The notes below the pieces were generated by a model. It was given only the letters and a program-made list of their open reading frames with translations, had not been told where the DNA came from and did not search any database. The position numbers were made by a program, and so were the translations under genes. Below are positions 34,931 through 45,605 of a stretch of DNA of 59,102 nucleotides, piece after piece (the first letter of the stretch is position 1; each line of letters opens with the position of its first letter). This stretch comes from Candidatus Omnitrophota bacterium (GTDB taxonomy: Bacteria > Omnitrophota > Omnitrophia > Omnitrophales > JACQLI01): contig JACPCP010000021.1 of assembly GCA_016179745.1 (NCBI GenBank), positions 1-59,102 on the forward strand, read 5' to 3'.

Positions 34931-36205
34931 TCAGACCACCCGCAAGCGGGAAACCCAGAGATAGGGAAACAGGGCGGCCCCCATTTCACCGTCTTTGAGA
35001 AGAATTTGTTCCCGGCTGGCGCCGGCCACGGAATTCAAGATCGAAAAAAGGGAATCGTGATAGCGAAGGTGGACGGCCCGCCCAACGATCCGCCCCTTTT
35101 CGAGATAAAGGCTGCCGGCCGTAGCGAGGCCCGTGACCTCCATCGCAGGTTCCCGAACGAGCGTGTGATACCAAATCTTGTTGATGAAAATCCCACGTTC
35201 AATTTTTTCAAAAAGCTCCTGCAAGGAAAACGTTCCTTCCTCGACCACGAGATTTTGAGGATAAAACGGGTGTTCGAGAAGTCCCCGGGTGCTGTGCCCT
35301 TCTCCGAGGAGCCCCTTCAAGACACCTCCCTCGACCAGGTCGACCCTTCGTTTGGAATGGCCTTCGCTGTCGAAAGGGATTCCAAACTGGCGGGGATGCC
35401 CCAAGTCTTCCCGCATCGTAAACTCTTTGGAAAAAACCTGCTTTCCGAGAAGTCCCGTGAACACACTTTTTCCGTCTTGAGTGAGACGGGCGTCGAAATG
35501 CCGCCTTAAAGGTTCGATTAATTCCAGGAAAGCCCGGGGAGAGAAAATGCATTCATACTCACCCGGGGGGACCGGAATCTCCTGACGAGAGGCCGCCTCC
35601 GCCACCCGAAGCGACTCTTGGACCACGTGCGGGACATCGAGCCTGCAGGGGTCCGGATGGTAAAAACTGAAGTATCCCTTCCCCCCTCCCTTAATGGCAG
35701 TCACTCCGAAACGGACCGCCGTCGTTGGATGAAAAAGTTCGAGCCCCTCAGGATTTGAGAGATAAAAAAACCGCTCGTAGGCTGAGTAATATCCGTTGGC
35801 GCTCGCCTGCGCCCGTCGAAGGATCCCCACGGCTTCCTGGACGGCTTGAGCGGCCCGCTCGGGGGCTTTCTCCAAGGGAAAAGGGAAATGCTCCCTTTTC
35901 TTCGGAGTGTCCGCCTTGGGAGGGGGCGAAAACGGCTCAGGGTCCGGGGCCACGGTCCGGAGCCGGCGGAGTGTTTCCTGAATGCCTAATTCGGAAACAT
36001 CGTTGGATTCGGCAAAGACCGGTCCTGAGGAAGTCAGCAGGCGGAGCGTGTAGGAAAAAATTTCCTGGAAACCGTTTTGGTGAACGCCATTATTCGTAAA
36101 GCGGGCCAGAATCCCCTTCTTTGCCCGGATAAAAATTTGAAGGGGCAGGCCTTCGGCGTGATCTAAAATCCGGCGGCTCGCTTTTCGAATTCGATCGAGC
36201 ATCAT
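34931..36205 (-). CDS. pmbA: PmbA/TldE-family protein
   Basis: RFTNNGVHQN, PGEYECIFSP.A, PFDSEG, LVEGGVL, no HExxH. ATGA overlap with tldD. Start reassigned to 36205. Confidence 0.85.
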   Translation of the reverse strand: MMLDRIRKASRRILDHAEGLPLQIFIRAKKGILARFTNNGVHQNGFQEIFSYTLRLLTSSGPVFAESNDVSELGIQETLRRLRTVAPDPEPFSPPPKADTPKKREHFPFPLEKAPERAAQAVQEAVGILRRAQASANGYYSAYERFFYLSNPEGLELFHPTTAVRFGVTAIKGGGKGYFSFYHPDPCRLDVPHVVQESLRVAEAASRQEIPVPPGEYECIFSPRAFLELIEPLRRHFDARLTQDGKSVFTGLLGKQVFSKEFTMREDLGHPRQFGIPFDSEGHSKRRVDLVEGGVLKGLLGEGHSTRGLLEHPFYPQNLVVEEGTFSLQELFEKIERGIFINKIWYHTLVREPAMEVTGLATAGSLYLEKGRIVGRAVHLRYHDSLFSILNSVAGASREQILLKDGEMGAALFPYLWVSRLRVV

Positions 36206-37671
36206 TCTCTCCCGAACCGGACGTTTCGGAAGCGGGCCGGGCTCAAGCCATGTCCCGTGAAGGCCTCCTGATAGGGGCCGCCCTTGCCGCAATCGGGGAA
36301 GCCCCAGAACCGCCACTCCTCTTTTCCGGCGACCCGGTCGCACGACTTCCAAAAATCGAGGGTATTGCCGTGGTAGACCGGAAAACGGACCAGGCCCTTG
36401 ATCTTTCCATCATGAATGCGGTATCCCGCTTCTCCCCCGATCTGGAAATCAAGCCGCATCTCATCGATGGACCAGCTCAATTCATTGTCGAGCAAATATC
36501 CCTCCCGGATGTCCTGAATCAGATCCGGGAGGGAGCCACGCCCCGGCAGGAGGCTCGTATTGGTCATCCGAATCAAGGGGTAATGGGACCAATCCTCCGC
36601 CACCATGTTGGCTGTGGATTCCGGCTGATTTAAAAAGCTGGCCGTCTCCCGGCTCGTGAGATAGCCGGTAAAAATGCCCCGCTTCACAATCTCAATTCTT
36701 TTTGCGCTCACCCCTTCGTCATCGTAGGCAAAACTTCCGGTGCCGGGTCCGAGGTTTGGTCCGGCATCGCTCACAAGGGTGACGGCCGGGGAGGCCACCG
36801 GCGCCCCTCCCAAAAGGCCGGGATTGAGAAACGTCCTGCCGCCGAAATTGTCCTCGTAACCATAAACCCGGTCAGACTCCGAGGCGTGGCCAAAGGTTTC
36901 GTGAATTTGAAGCGCCAGAATCGATCCCTTGAGAATCAAATCGAAATTTCCCGTGGGGGCCTCCGGGCTCTTGCGAAGTTCCTTTAACTCCTCGGCCAGC
37001 CGTCCGGTTTCTTCTATAAATTTCAAGTTTTCGATGGCCTCATAACCCTGGCCGAGAAAAAGCCCGCTCGGGCCCGGCCAGCTTCGGCGAATCTTTTCAG
37101 ACCCCCCTCCCGAGAAGGCTCGGCTTTCCACCCAGGTTTCGCCGTAAATCCAGCCGCCGGTCCGGTAAAGCACCTGCTCGATCCAGCTTCCTCCCTTGGA
37201 AACGAAAATAATCCGCTTCCGGGTGAAATCGAGCAGGCTTGCGGCAGAGTCCATGCCCTCCTGCCAGCAAAGCCTGTTTTCTGCTTCGATCACGGGGCCA
37301 ATTTTCTCCTTGAGGCCCAACTTCCACGGGTCCTTGGCGACCGGCATGACCCAGCGGCTCTTGACGGGCTTGGCGGACGCCAATTTCACTTCTGTGTGGC
37401 GGATCTTCGAAAAACGCTGCGCTGACTCGTAGGCAATTTTCAGGTGCTTGAGAACGGACTTTTCGGAAAGATCGGAAGTCGCCGAAAACCCGAAGGCGCC
37501 CCCGTTCAGGACCCGGAATCCGATCCCCCGTGAAAAAGTCTCTTTCGCCTCCTCAAGGATCCCGTTTTTGGACCGGAGGCGCATCCGCTCGAGTTCCACA
37601 TAGCGGAAATCCGCATCCTCACAGGAGAGGCGGCCCAGTGAATTCTGCAGCTTTAAAAGGAGTTTTTCCAT
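36202..37671 (-). CDS. tldD: TldD metalloprotease
   Basis: GIGFRVL..GAFGF, HETFGHASESD (HExxxH), YDDEGV, PLIRMTNT, CGKG.P.Q. Confidence 0.93.
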   Translation of the reverse strand: MEKLLLKLQNSLGRLSCEDADFRYVELERMRLRSKNGILEEAKETFSRGIGFRVLNGGAFGFSATSDLSEKSVLKHLKIAYESAQRFSKIRHTEVKLASAKPVKSRWVMPVAKDPWKLGLKEKIGPVIEAENRLCWQEGMDSAASLLDFTRKRIIFVSKGGSWIEQVLYRTGGWIYGETWVESRAFSGGGSEKIRRSWPGPSGLFLGQGYEAIENLKFIEETGRLAEELKELRKSPEAPTGNFDLILKGSILALQIHETFGHASESDRVYGYEDNFGGRTFLNPGLLGGAPVASPAVTLVSDAGPNLGPGTGSFAYDDEGVSAKRIEIVKRGIFTGYLTSRETASFLNQPESTANMVAEDWSHYPLIRMTNTSLLPGRGSLPDLIQDIREGYLLDNELSWSIDEMRLDFQIGGEAGYRIHDGKIKGLVRFPVYHGNTLDFWKSCDRVAGKEEWRFWGFPDCGKGGPYQEAFTGHGLSPARFRNVRFGRE

Positions 37672-37698
37672 TGAGTTTGCGGGGTCGCTTGAGTAAAC

Positions 37699-39087
37699 TT
37701 GCCCGACATGACCCCTTCTATTTACGACCTTTTCCGCCAGTTACCCAAATCCACACTGGACCGGCTCAGCCAAAAACTCGGCCGGCTCGCTCCCTCCTCG
37801 GGCCTGACTTATCAGGACGAGCGGGGAAAGACCACGAGCATCACGGTCACCCTCCGCCCTCGATTGGTCCCGGCCGGGATTCGAAATACGCTTTGGAAGA
37901 CTCTTCGGGTCCTGGACGGCGCCTTTCAGAAAATAGCGCCTCTTTATTTTCAAAACCCAACGCTTGCCCCCATTTTTCCGTTTTCACCCCGGGAGATTGA
38001 CTGGCTTTCGCTCCTCCGGAAAAAAGGCTACGTGAAGGGGCCGCTCGTCTCACGTTGGGACGCCAACACCACGTTTGGGCCCCAAGAGTGGAAGGAAGGG
38101 TTCTCCTTCTTTGAGGTCAACGGCGTTGGGGTCGGGGGCCTTTGGTATGGCCCCGCCACGGAAGATGTCATTCTAAAAACCGTGGTCCCGGAACTTCAAA
38201 AAATTGACCGGCGCTTCCGGCCCCGGCCCAACCACGATATGCGACGGCTTCTTCTGGGTGTCCTCCTTTCCCAACGTAGAAAACTGGGACGGACCCGGGG
38301 CGTCATCGCCCTCGCCATGGAAAAGGCCAGCGGGTCCAACTATGTCGAATTTGAACGCCTGGCCCAGCTCTACCGGAAGCTGGGTCATACAGCGATCGTC
38401 ACGGAACCGACGGATTTTCGCCTTCGGGGTGGTGATCTCTTCGCCCGTGGAAAAAAGATCGACGTCATTTACCGGGACACGACCCTTTCCGAACTTTGTC
38501 TGATGGAGGAAAAGGGGCACAGCCTTGCCGCCCTCGAGCTGGCGTTCTGCCGTGGACAGGTGGTGTCGTCTCTGGAGGGAGAGTTCGACCACAAGAGCGC
38601 TTTTGAGGTTTTCACAAGCCCTGAATTCGCCCCGGCCTTTACGCCGGCGGAACGCAAACTTTTCAAGCAGCACATCCTCTGGACTCGTCTCCTCCGGGAA
38701 AGAAAAACCATCAATCCCCGGGGAAGTCCCGTCGACTTGATTCCTTTTGTCCTCAAGAACCAATCCGGCCTTGTCCTCAAGCCCAACCGGCTTTACGGCG
38801 GGCAAGGGGTTGCGTTCGGTATTGAGTTAACCCGACGGTCCTGGGAGAAAAAGATCGAAACCGCCCTGCGGGAATCCGGTGAGTGGGTCATTCAACAGCT
38901 CGGCAAACTCAGAAAAAAGACATTTTTCCGCCCCGACGGTCTCCGGGCGAGACAAAAAGACCTTTATGTGGTTTCCGGTTTTTTCGCCTCCCCCGAGGGG
39001 CTCGGCATCGTGGGGCGAATGTCCGAACGAAAAGTGGTCAACGTGGCCCGGCGTGGCGGGCTGACGCCGATTTTGGTGACCTCCTAA
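37699..39087 (+). CDS. Circularly permuted ATP-grasp (glutathionylspermidine-synthase-like) amidoligase
   Basis: FFEVNG..VGG, IDVIYRD, DHKS, LVLKPNRLYGGQGV.FG, WVIQQ, GR.S...VVNVARRGG. Start may be ATG 37708. Confidence 0.78.
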   Translation: MPDMTPSIYDLFRQLPKSTLDRLSQKLGRLAPSSGLTYQDERGKTTSITVTLRPRLVPAGIRNTLWKTLRVLDGAFQKIAPLYFQNPTLAPIFPFSPREIDWLSLLRKKGYVKGPLVSRWDANTTFGPQEWKEGFSFFEVNGVGVGGLWYGPATEDVILKTVVPELQKIDRRFRPRPNHDMRRLLLGVLLSQRRKLGRTRGVIALAMEKASGSNYVEFERLAQLYRKLGHTAIVTEPTDFRLRGGDLFARGKKIDVIYRDTTLSELCLMEEKGHSLAALELAFCRGQVVSSLEGEFDHKSAFEVFTSPEFAPAFTPAERKLFKQHILWTRLLRERKTINPRGSPVDLIPFVLKNQSGLVLKPNRLYGGQGVAFGIELTRRSWEKKIETALRESGEWVIQQLGKLRKKTFFRPDGLRARQKDLYVVSGFFASPEGLGIVGRMSERKVVNVARRGGLTPILVTS

Positions 39088-39158
39088 TTCGGCCGATGTC
39101 GGCCGAATTGGGGGGGTTCCGGTTCTCTTTAGAGCAGGCGTCTCGACTTACAAGGAAG

Positions 39159-39725
39159 ATGCTTAAATTTCTTAGAAAAAAAACAAAAGTCGTGATCTGG
39201 GCCGTCCTCGTCACCTTCGTGGCCTGGGGCGGCTTTGCGGTCTCCACTCAGTTTCAGGAGGCAAACCGCTCGCCGGGAAGGATTTTTGGAAAGGAGGTTT
39301 CTTTTCAAGATTACCTCATGGCCAACCGGACCGTTCAAATTTTTGCTCCGCCCGAGGAAGGGAATACTCCTCCCGACCCCGAACAAATTGAGGCACGGAC
39401 GTGGGAATTTTTGGTGCTTGCCCGGGAAGCCCGGGCCCGAAAGATCCGGGTGACGGACGAGGAAGTGAGAGACGCCGTGGGCCAGCTCCTCGGCCAGAAA
39501 AAGGAGTTCATTGCCACTTCAAACCAATATCACCAATGGGTCCGTTCCGCCCTGCGTGAAGAGCCCCGTGATTTCGAAAACCAGGTCCGGGAGCACCTCG
39601 GGGTCCGCAAGCTCCTGGAAGAAGTCCGCAAAAGGCCGGGCGAGAACCCGGAAGAAGAACTCAAACGATGGATGCTCGACCTTTTCCAGCGGGCCCGGAT
39701 AGAGGTCTACCGCCCGAAAACCTAG
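39159..39725 (+). CDS. SurA N-terminal-domain membrane chaperone (short)
   Basis: MLKFLRKK + TM, then GKEVSFQDY, LAREARARKIRVTDEEVR. Start reassigned to ATG 39159. Confidence 0.75.
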   Translation: MLKFLRKKTKVVIWAVLVTFVAWGGFAVSTQFQEANRSPGRIFGKEVSFQDYLMANRTVQIFAPPEEGNTPPDPEQIEARTWEFLVLAREARARKIRVTDEEVRDAVGQLLGQKKEFIATSNQYHQWVRSALREEPRDFENQVREHLGVRKLLEEVRKRPGENPEEELKRWMLDLFQRARIEVYRPKT

Positions 39726-39747
39726 AAATGTTATACTGTGCCCCCTG

Positions 39748-40785
39748 ATGACAAAGACGGTTGCTGAACTGGCCGGTTTGATTCAAGGCAGGGTTGTGGG
39801 TGACGGGAAAACGGTCATTGACGGAATTACCAATGTCGAGCGCCCGCTCCCGGGCCACATCGCCTTTCTGGAAGATCCGAAACGTCTCGGAGAAATGGAG
39901 GCGACCCCTCTCGCCTGCCTGATTGTGCCGCCGAAAATCCAAAGTTCCAAAAAACCTCTGATTCAGGTAGAGCAGCCCAAGGTGGCGTGGGCCCAGCTTC
40001 TGAATTTTTTCTTTCCTCCCCGTGCCTTTCCCGGCACCGTCTCCCCTCAGGCCTCGATCGCCCCGTCAGCCTGCCTCGCTCCTGGAGTGACCGTAGAGGC
40101 CTTTGCCTTTATCGGCGAGGGTGTGGAGGTCGGGACCGGCTCCGTGGTCCGGGCTTATAGTTACCTGGATCAAGGGGTCAAAGTCGGAGAAAAGACAGTC
40201 ATCCATCCGCACGTGATGATCTATGAGAACGCCGTGATTGGAAACCGATGCGTCCTTCATGCGGGTTCTGTGATCGGCGCCGACGGCTTCGGTTACGTGG
40301 CCACCCCCCAGGGACAGGTAAAAGTCCCGCAGGTGGGCAACGTCGTGATTGAAGATGAGGTTGAAGTCGGGGCCTGTTCTACGATTGACCGGGCCACGGT
40401 GGGCTCCACCCGGATTGGCCGGGGGGCCAAAATCGACAACCTCGTCCAGATCGCCCACAATGTCACCGTCGGACCGCACACGGTGATTTCCGCCCAGACG
40501 GGAATTTCAGGAAGTTCAACGATCGGCTCTTTCGTCACGATGGGAGGGCGGGTCGGGCTGGCGGACCACGTCGAGATCGGTGACCACAGTATGTTGGGAG
40601 CCCAGACAGGCGTCCCCTCGGGAAAAAAAATTCCTCCAAAGCAGATTTGGATTGGAGCGCCCGCCCGGCCTTATCAAGAGGGCCGAAAACAAATCGCCGC
40701 CCAGGGGCGCTCGGCGGAAATGCTGCAGGAAATCCGAAAACTCCGGGCCCGGGTCGAGGAACTAGAAAGACAGCGGCAGGCTTAA
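39748..40785 (+). CDS. lpxD: UDP-3-O-acylglucosamine N-acyltransferase
   Basis: Hexapeptide repeats, [41 protein letters not shown]. Confidence 0.96.
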   Translation: MTKTVAELAGLIQGRVVGDGKTVIDGITNVERPLPGHIAFLEDPKRLGEMEATPLACLIVPPKIQSSKKPLIQVEQPKVAWAQLLNFFFPPRAFPGTVSPQASIAPSACLAPGVTVEAFAFIGEGVEVGTGSVVRAYSYLDQGVKVGEKTVIHPHVMIYENAVIGNRCVLHAGSVIGADGFGYVATPQGQVKVPQVGNVVIEDEVEVGACSTIDRATVGSTRIGRGAKIDNLVQIAHNVTVGPHTVISAQTGISGSSTIGSFVTMGGRVGLADHVEIGDHSMLGAQTGVPSGKKIPPKQIWIGAPARPYQEGRKQIAAQGRSAEMLQEIRKLRARVEELERQRQA

Positions 40786-41369
40786 CACTTCTTTCCGATC
40801 AAGCTCAGAAATTCCCCTCTCACCCTTTCGCTCTCCCGGAAACTCCCGAGCATGGCGCTCGTCATGCAGTAAGCATCTCTTTTTTCGACCCCCCGCATGG
40901 CCATGCAAAGGTGCAGGGCCTCAATCACGACCCCCACGCCGCAGGGACGGAGGGCCGTCATCAGGCAATCGGCCACCTGGCTTGTCAGCCGCTCCTGCAC
41001 CTGAAGACGCCGGGCAAAGACCTCCACCACCCGGGGAATTTTGGAGAGGCCGATGATTTTCCCCTGAGGGATATAGGCCACGTGCGCCTTTCCATAAAAA
41101 GGGAGAAGGTGGTGTTCGCACAGGCTGAAGACATCGATGTCTTTTAGGACCACCATCTCATCGTAATTCTCCTCAAAGACGGCGTTGTTCAGCACCTTTT
41201 CGATATCCTGACGATACCCATGCGTGAGGTATTTGAGGGAGGCGGTCACCCGCTGGGGAGTTTTAAAGAGGCCTTCCCGGTTCGGGTCTTCCCCCAAACG
41301 CACCAAAAGCTCCCGAATCAAATCTTCCATCCGGGTTTCCTGAGATTGCACGAAGAAGGTTTCTTCCAT
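40782..41369 (-). CDS. folE: GTP cyclohydrolase I
   Basis: [47 protein letters not shown]. Confidence 0.96.
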   Translation of the reverse strand: MEETFFVQSQETRMEDLIRELLVRLGEDPNREGLFKTPQRVTASLKYLTHGYRQDIEKVLNNAVFEENYDEMVVLKDIDVFSLCEHHLLPFYGKAHVAYIPQGKIIGLSKIPRVVEVFARRLQVQERLTSQVADCLMTALRPCGVGVVIEALHLCMAMRGVEKRDAYCMTSAMLGSFRESERVRGEFLSLIGKKC

Positions 41370-41370
41370 T

Positions 41371-42450
41371 TTATTTCACCTCCGCCTTTGAGCCGAGAAT
41401 GTCGACGATACTCACCTGCTGCGCCAAGACCCCGGCCACGGCAAGAAATTGCTTGGCCGCCGGCGAGTCGGGTGAGGCCGTCACAAAGGGCCTCCCTGTG
41501 TCACCCCCCTCCCGAATCCGGGGGTCGATGGGAATCTCCCCCAGGAAGGGCACGCCCGATTTTTCAGCCACCGTTCTGCCGCCGCCCCGGCTGAAAATCG
41601 GTGTTTCCTCACCGCAATGAGAACAAACGAAGGCACTCATGTTTTCAACCACGCCCAGAATGGCCACGTTCGTCTTCTGGAACATGGCGATCCCCTTGCG
41701 GACATCCATCAAGGCCACTTCCTGGGGCGTCGTGACGATAACGGCCCCGGTCACGGAAACCGTTTGAACGAGTGAAAGCTGCACATCGCCGGTCCCGGGC
41801 GGGAGGTCGACAAAAAGATAATCGAGCTCGCCCCACGCCACCTTCTGCAAAAATTGAGTCACGGCGCTATGAAGCATCGGCCCCCGCCAAACCATGGGAG
41901 AGTCCGGAGGGACCAAAACTCCCATCGAAATGACCCGGAGGCCGCAGGCCTCAATCGGAATAAGTTTTTCATCTTCTGTGACACCCGGCCGCCGGCCGAC
42001 CGGAATGCCCAGCATCAATGGGATATTGGGGCCGTAGATATCGGCATCGAGCAAACCCACTTTGGCCCCCATTGTTGCGAGGGCCACGGCCAGGTTCACA
42101 CACACCGTGGACTTTCCCACGCCGCCCTTGCCGCTCGCCACGGCAATGATATTTTTGACGCCGGGGATAGTTTTCTGCTGGAGAGCCGGGCCGCCCTGCC
42201 GCACCTGGGAGGACATTTCAACCGAGACGTCCTGGACCCCCGCCAGGGATGAGACAGCCTTCCGGACGTCTGCCTTGATCTGTTCCTTCAAAGGACAAGC
42301 AGGGGTCGTGAGCTCCACATGAATGGAAACCCGGCCGTTCGTGACTTCAACCGCCTTGACCATCCCGAGCGAAACAATGTCCCGGTGAAGGTCCGGGTCT
42401 TTCACGGCCTTCAGGGAATCAAGAATTTCTTCTTTCGTGAGGGTCTTCAT
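41371..42450 (-). CDS. mrp: Mrp/ApbC Fe-S cluster carrier ATPase
   Basis: N-terminal DUF59 (TTPACP), [37 protein letters not shown]. Confidence 0.94.
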   Translation of the reverse strand: MKTLTKEEILDSLKAVKDPDLHRDIVSLGMVKAVEVTNGRVSIHVELTTPACPLKEQIKADVRKAVSSLAGVQDVSVEMSSQVRQGGPALQQKTIPGVKNIIAVASGKGGVGKSTVCVNLAVALATMGAKVGLLDADIYGPNIPLMLGIPVGRRPGVTEDEKLIPIEACGLRVISMGVLVPPDSPMVWRGPMLHSAVTQFLQKVAWGELDYLFVDLPPGTGDVQLSLVQTVSVTGAVIVTTPQEVALMDVRKGIAMFQKTNVAILGVVENMSAFVCSHCGEETPIFSRGGGRTVAEKSGVPFLGEIPIDPRIREGGDTGRPFVTASPDSPAAKQFLAVAGVLAQQVSIVDILGSKAEVK

Positions 42451-42456
42451 CGGGGG

Positions 42457-43635
42457 TTATCTTACAACAGAATGGGGGTGTTGATGTTCCAGCTCGATTT
42501 TTCTCAGGCGGCCGACAAAGCCGACAAGAAGCTCCACCGCCACGCCCACTTCTTCCCGGGTATTCTCCGCCCCAAAGCTGAAACGGACGGAACTTTTTGC
42601 CCTGGCTTCAGAAAATCCCATGGCCCTCAAGACATGGGAGGGCTCCGGCGATCCGGAGAAGCACGCTGAACCCTGAGAGGCCCGAAGACCCGCTTCGTCC
42701 AGAAGGATGAGAAGGGCCTCCTGGTCCACATCCTCAAACGCCAGATTGGACGTGTTGGGGAGGCGGTTTTGCCGGTCTCCATTGACCTGGACCGAGGGAA
42801 TTTTTCTCAACACCTTTTCTTCAAAATCGTCCCGCAAATCTTTTACCCTTTGACTTTCCCCGTCCATCCCCTCTTTCAATCCTCTAAGCGCCGCTCCCAA
42901 TCCGGCGATACCCGGAACATTTTGTGTGCCCGCACGCCGTCCCCGCTCCTGCGCACCGCCGACCAGGAGCGGGCGGAAAGGGGTCCCTTTCCGGAGATAG
43001 AGGGCCCCCACCCCTTTGGGGCCGCCAAACTTGTGGGCCGAGAGCGAAAGAAAATCAACCGGAAGGGAACGGAGTGAAACCGGAATCTTCCCGACCGCCT
43101 GGACCGCATCGACATGAAAAAGGATTCCCTTTTCCCGGACCTTTCGGCCGATTTTTTCGATGGGAAAAAGGACCCCGGTTTCGTTATTGGCCATCATGAC
43201 CGAGACAAGGGCCGTTTCGGGTGTCAGGGATTCCTCAAGCTTCTCAAGATTGAGCGCCCCCGACTCATCAACGGGAAGGAAGGTTACTTCGATTCTCTCT
43301 TCTTGAAGGGCACGGACCGGCTTCAAAACCGTGGAATGTTCGACGGTGGTCGTTACGATTTCCCGTTTCCCCTTTTCGGTCGAGATAACACTCCGGAAAA
43401 CCGTATTGTTCGACTCAGCGCCGCCGCTTGTAAAAATGATTTCGGATTCCTCGGCCCCCAAAAAATGCGCCGTTTCCCTCCGGGCCTCACGGACCGCTTT
43501 GTCCGCAAGACGGCCGGCTTGGTGAATGCTCGAAGGATTCCCCATAAATTCCCGCCAAAAGGGAGCCATGGCCTCGAGGACCTCCGGCCGGACCGGAGCC
43601 GTGGCGTTATGGTCGAAGTAAATAATTTTCCTCAT
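42457..43635 (-). CDS. iscS: Cysteine desulfurase (IscS/NifS)
   Basis: YFDHNATAP, GNPSSIH, FTSGGAESNN, ANNETG, HVDAVQ, SAHKFGGPKG, SQGSAC. Confidence 0.94.
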   Translation of the reverse strand: MRKIIYFDHNATAPVRPEVLEAMAPFWREFMGNPSSIHQAGRLADKAVREARRETAHFLGAEESEIIFTSGGAESNNTVFRSVISTEKGKREIVTTTVEHSTVLKPVRALQEERIEVTFLPVDESGALNLEKLEESLTPETALVSVMMANNETGVLFPIEKIGRKVREKGILFHVDAVQAVGKIPVSLRSLPVDFLSLSAHKFGGPKGVGALYLRKGTPFRPLLVGGAQERGRRAGTQNVPGIAGLGAALRGLKEGMDGESQRVKDLRDDFEEKVLRKIPSVQVNGDRQNRLPNTSNLAFEDVDQEALLILLDEAGLRASQGSACFSGSPEPSHVLRAMGFSEARAKSSVRFSFGAENTREEVGVAVELLVGFVGRLRKIELEHQHPHSVVR

Positions 43636-43693
43636 TGTATCCTAATGAATTTAAAGAAGTTACAGCGGTCCTCGGGCAAGTTTTTGTGGAGGT

Positions 43694-43721
43694 ATTATTG
43701 CACAGCGTGAGAGGCTGTCAA
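43694..43721 (-). promoter_or_regulatory. Sigma70-like promoter upstream of iscS-mrp-folE
   Basis: TTGACA (43721-43716), 16 nt spacer, AATAAT (43699-43694). Confidence 0.45.
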
Positions 43722-43760
43722 TCGCAATCTCGGGGGAAACGGGCGAGGTGAGAAGAGGTT

Positions 43761-45605
43761 CTAAGCCGGGGCCGCCGGGGCTTCGGGTTTTTCTTCGGCC
43801 CTTTTGGTGGCGTAATAGCCGCCATAGGTTTTGTAATAGAATTTGTAGTAACCCCCGTAGCGCTCCTTCTCCAAATCAACTGAATTCAAGATACACCCAA
43901 TGATTCGAATTCCGCTCTTCTCGAGAATTTCCTTTGACTTCTGAATCAAATCGGCCGGCGTCTTGGCGGCATGGATGACCATCACAATATGGGTTGTCAG
44001 AGTTCCCAGAACCAGCGGGTCTCCAATTCCCGTCAAAGGCGTCGTATCAATGATGATCCGGTCGAAGCGCTGCCGGGCCGTCTCCAAAAGCTGCGCCATC
44101 CTCTTCGAGGCCAGAATCTCAGCCGGGTTCGGAGAAACCGGACCGGCCACAATCACTGAAAGATTTTCAATAAAGGACTGGCGGACGACGGAGTCGAGCG
44201 TAATCTCACTGGTCAGATAATTCGAAAGGCCGCTTAAATTCTCCATTCCGAAGACCCGGTGGGCCACCGGCTTTCTCAGGTCCGCATCAATCAAAAGGGT
44301 CCGGTTCCCGTCCTGGGCGAGCGAAACCGCAATGTTGTGAGCGATAAAAGATTTCCCTTCATGCTCGAGACAGCTCGTAAAGAGAAGATTCTTCAACGCC
44401 TCGGGCGGCGCCGAGAAGTTGATCGCCACCCTCAGATAGCGAAACGATTCCGCAATGGCCGAGTGCCGCTGGTAATGCGCAATCAAGGCCCGTTCCTGCC
44501 GGGGCACCTCCTCCTTCTTGAGGAGGGGCACGGGCCCCAGGAAGGCAAGGGAAATTCCCTTGCGCACCAAGTCGTCGGGAGAGTGGATGGAGTCATCGAA
44601 ATAATCCCAGAGAAAGATAAAAAGACAGATCACGGCGAATTCGACTCCGAGCGTCCTCAAGACCATCCGGGACCTTGCCGGTCCGACGGGGCCTTTGGGC
44701 AACTGGGCCTCCTCCACGATCCGGGCATGCGACACCTGATACTGCCCCGTGGCCTGCTGTTTTAAATTTTCCACGACCCGCATCTTTTCGGACGCCAGGC
44801 TTTCCTGGAGGAACTTCAGTTTGGCCCGGGCCTTCACCACCACGGGGTGTCTTTCACGGTATTCTTTAATCATCTCTTCAATTTCCGTTTCCAGCTGGAC
44901 CACCTTTCCCCGAAGCTCCCGGACCGTGGGGTCGGTCCGGACTGAGGGAAGCGATTCGATCAGTTCATCCCGGGTCAGCTGTTTGACCGTCCCAAAGGGG
45001 TCTTCAATCGTAATCAGCTCCTCCCCTTCCCGGGGGAGCCAGGTCAGCAATTCCTTCGAGTAGTAGAGTTGGTTTTCGAAATTCTTCCGGATGTAGGCCC
45101 GGGCCACCGTATTGGCCAGCGTCATCGCAAACTGCGGGTCGTCGGAGGTTGCCGTGATGTCAAAGAGCCGGCTCCCCTTGATTCGCTTGACCTGCAGGTA
45201 TTCTTTGATCCGGGTCGCAGCCATTTCCAGGTCTCGAACGTTGAAATATTCCGCCAGCTTCATCTCATCCGCCGCCTCCCGGCGCACGGTGTCTCCCAGA
45301 ATAATATTTTCCTGGGTCACGTAATAATCCTCCCAAAAAATGTCCGGCTCCAGGGCTGCCTGTGAAACCTGCGTGGCTCCTCCACGAGGCCTTTCCAGCA
45401 GGATCTGCGTCCGGGCCTGATATTGGTCGGAAAGCCGGGAGACCTGAATGGTGGCCAGGGTGGCCCCCATCACGAGGAAAGTGATGACAAGCGTGGCATT
45501 CTTCTTAACGAGGAAGAAATAATGTTTGAAATCAAACGGCCGTTCGGCCGTCTCGTAATAAGGAAGGGTAAAACCGCCCGGCGACGGGGCGCCTGGAGAT
45601 TCCAT
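43761..45605 (-). CDS. wzc: Wzc-like polysaccharide co-polymerase / BY-kinase
   Basis: Two TMs, AESFRYLR, Walker A SCLEHEGKS, A' LLIDADLRKP, B IIIDTTP, and a C-terminal Tyr cluster YGGYYKFYYKTYGGYY. The ATG at 45605 overlaps the wza TGA. Confidence 0.9.
   Translation of the reverse strand: MESPGAPSPGGFTLPYYETAERPFDFKHYFFLVKKNATLVITFLVMGATLATIQVSRLSDQYQARTQILLERPRGGATQVSQAALEPDIFWEDYYVTQENIILGDTVRREAADEMKLAEYFNVRDLEMAATRIKEYLQVKRIKGSRLFDITATSDDPQFAMTLANTVARAYIRKNFENQLYYSKELLTWLPREGEELITIEDPFGTVKQLTRDELIESLPSVRTDPTVRELRGKVVQLETEIEEMIKEYRERHPVVVKARAKLKFLQESLASEKMRVVENLKQQATGQYQVSHARIVEEAQLPKGPVGPARSRMVLRTLGVEFAVICLFIFLWDYFDDSIHSPDDLVRKGISLAFLGPVPLLKKEEVPRQERALIAHYQRHSAIAESFRYLRVAINFSAPPEALKNLLFTSCLEHEGKSFIAHNIAVSLAQDGNRTLLIDADLRKPVAHRVFGMENLSGLSNYLTSEITLDSVVRQSFIENLSVIVAGPVSPNPAEILASKRMAQLLETARQRFDRIIIDTTPLTGIGDPLVLGTLTTHIVMVIHAAKTPADLIQKSKEILEKSGIRIIGCILNSVDLEKERYGGYYKFYYKTYGGYYATKRAEEKPEAPAAPA

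Noticed and set aside
38883-39158. N-terminal extension of the SurA-like ORF (also the listed extensions of kamA, pmbA, queE, the permease and the His-rich protein)
   Set aside because: The extensions overlap neighbouring genes and lack family similarity. Downstream ATGs fit homologous N-termini, RBS positions or ATGA coupling.
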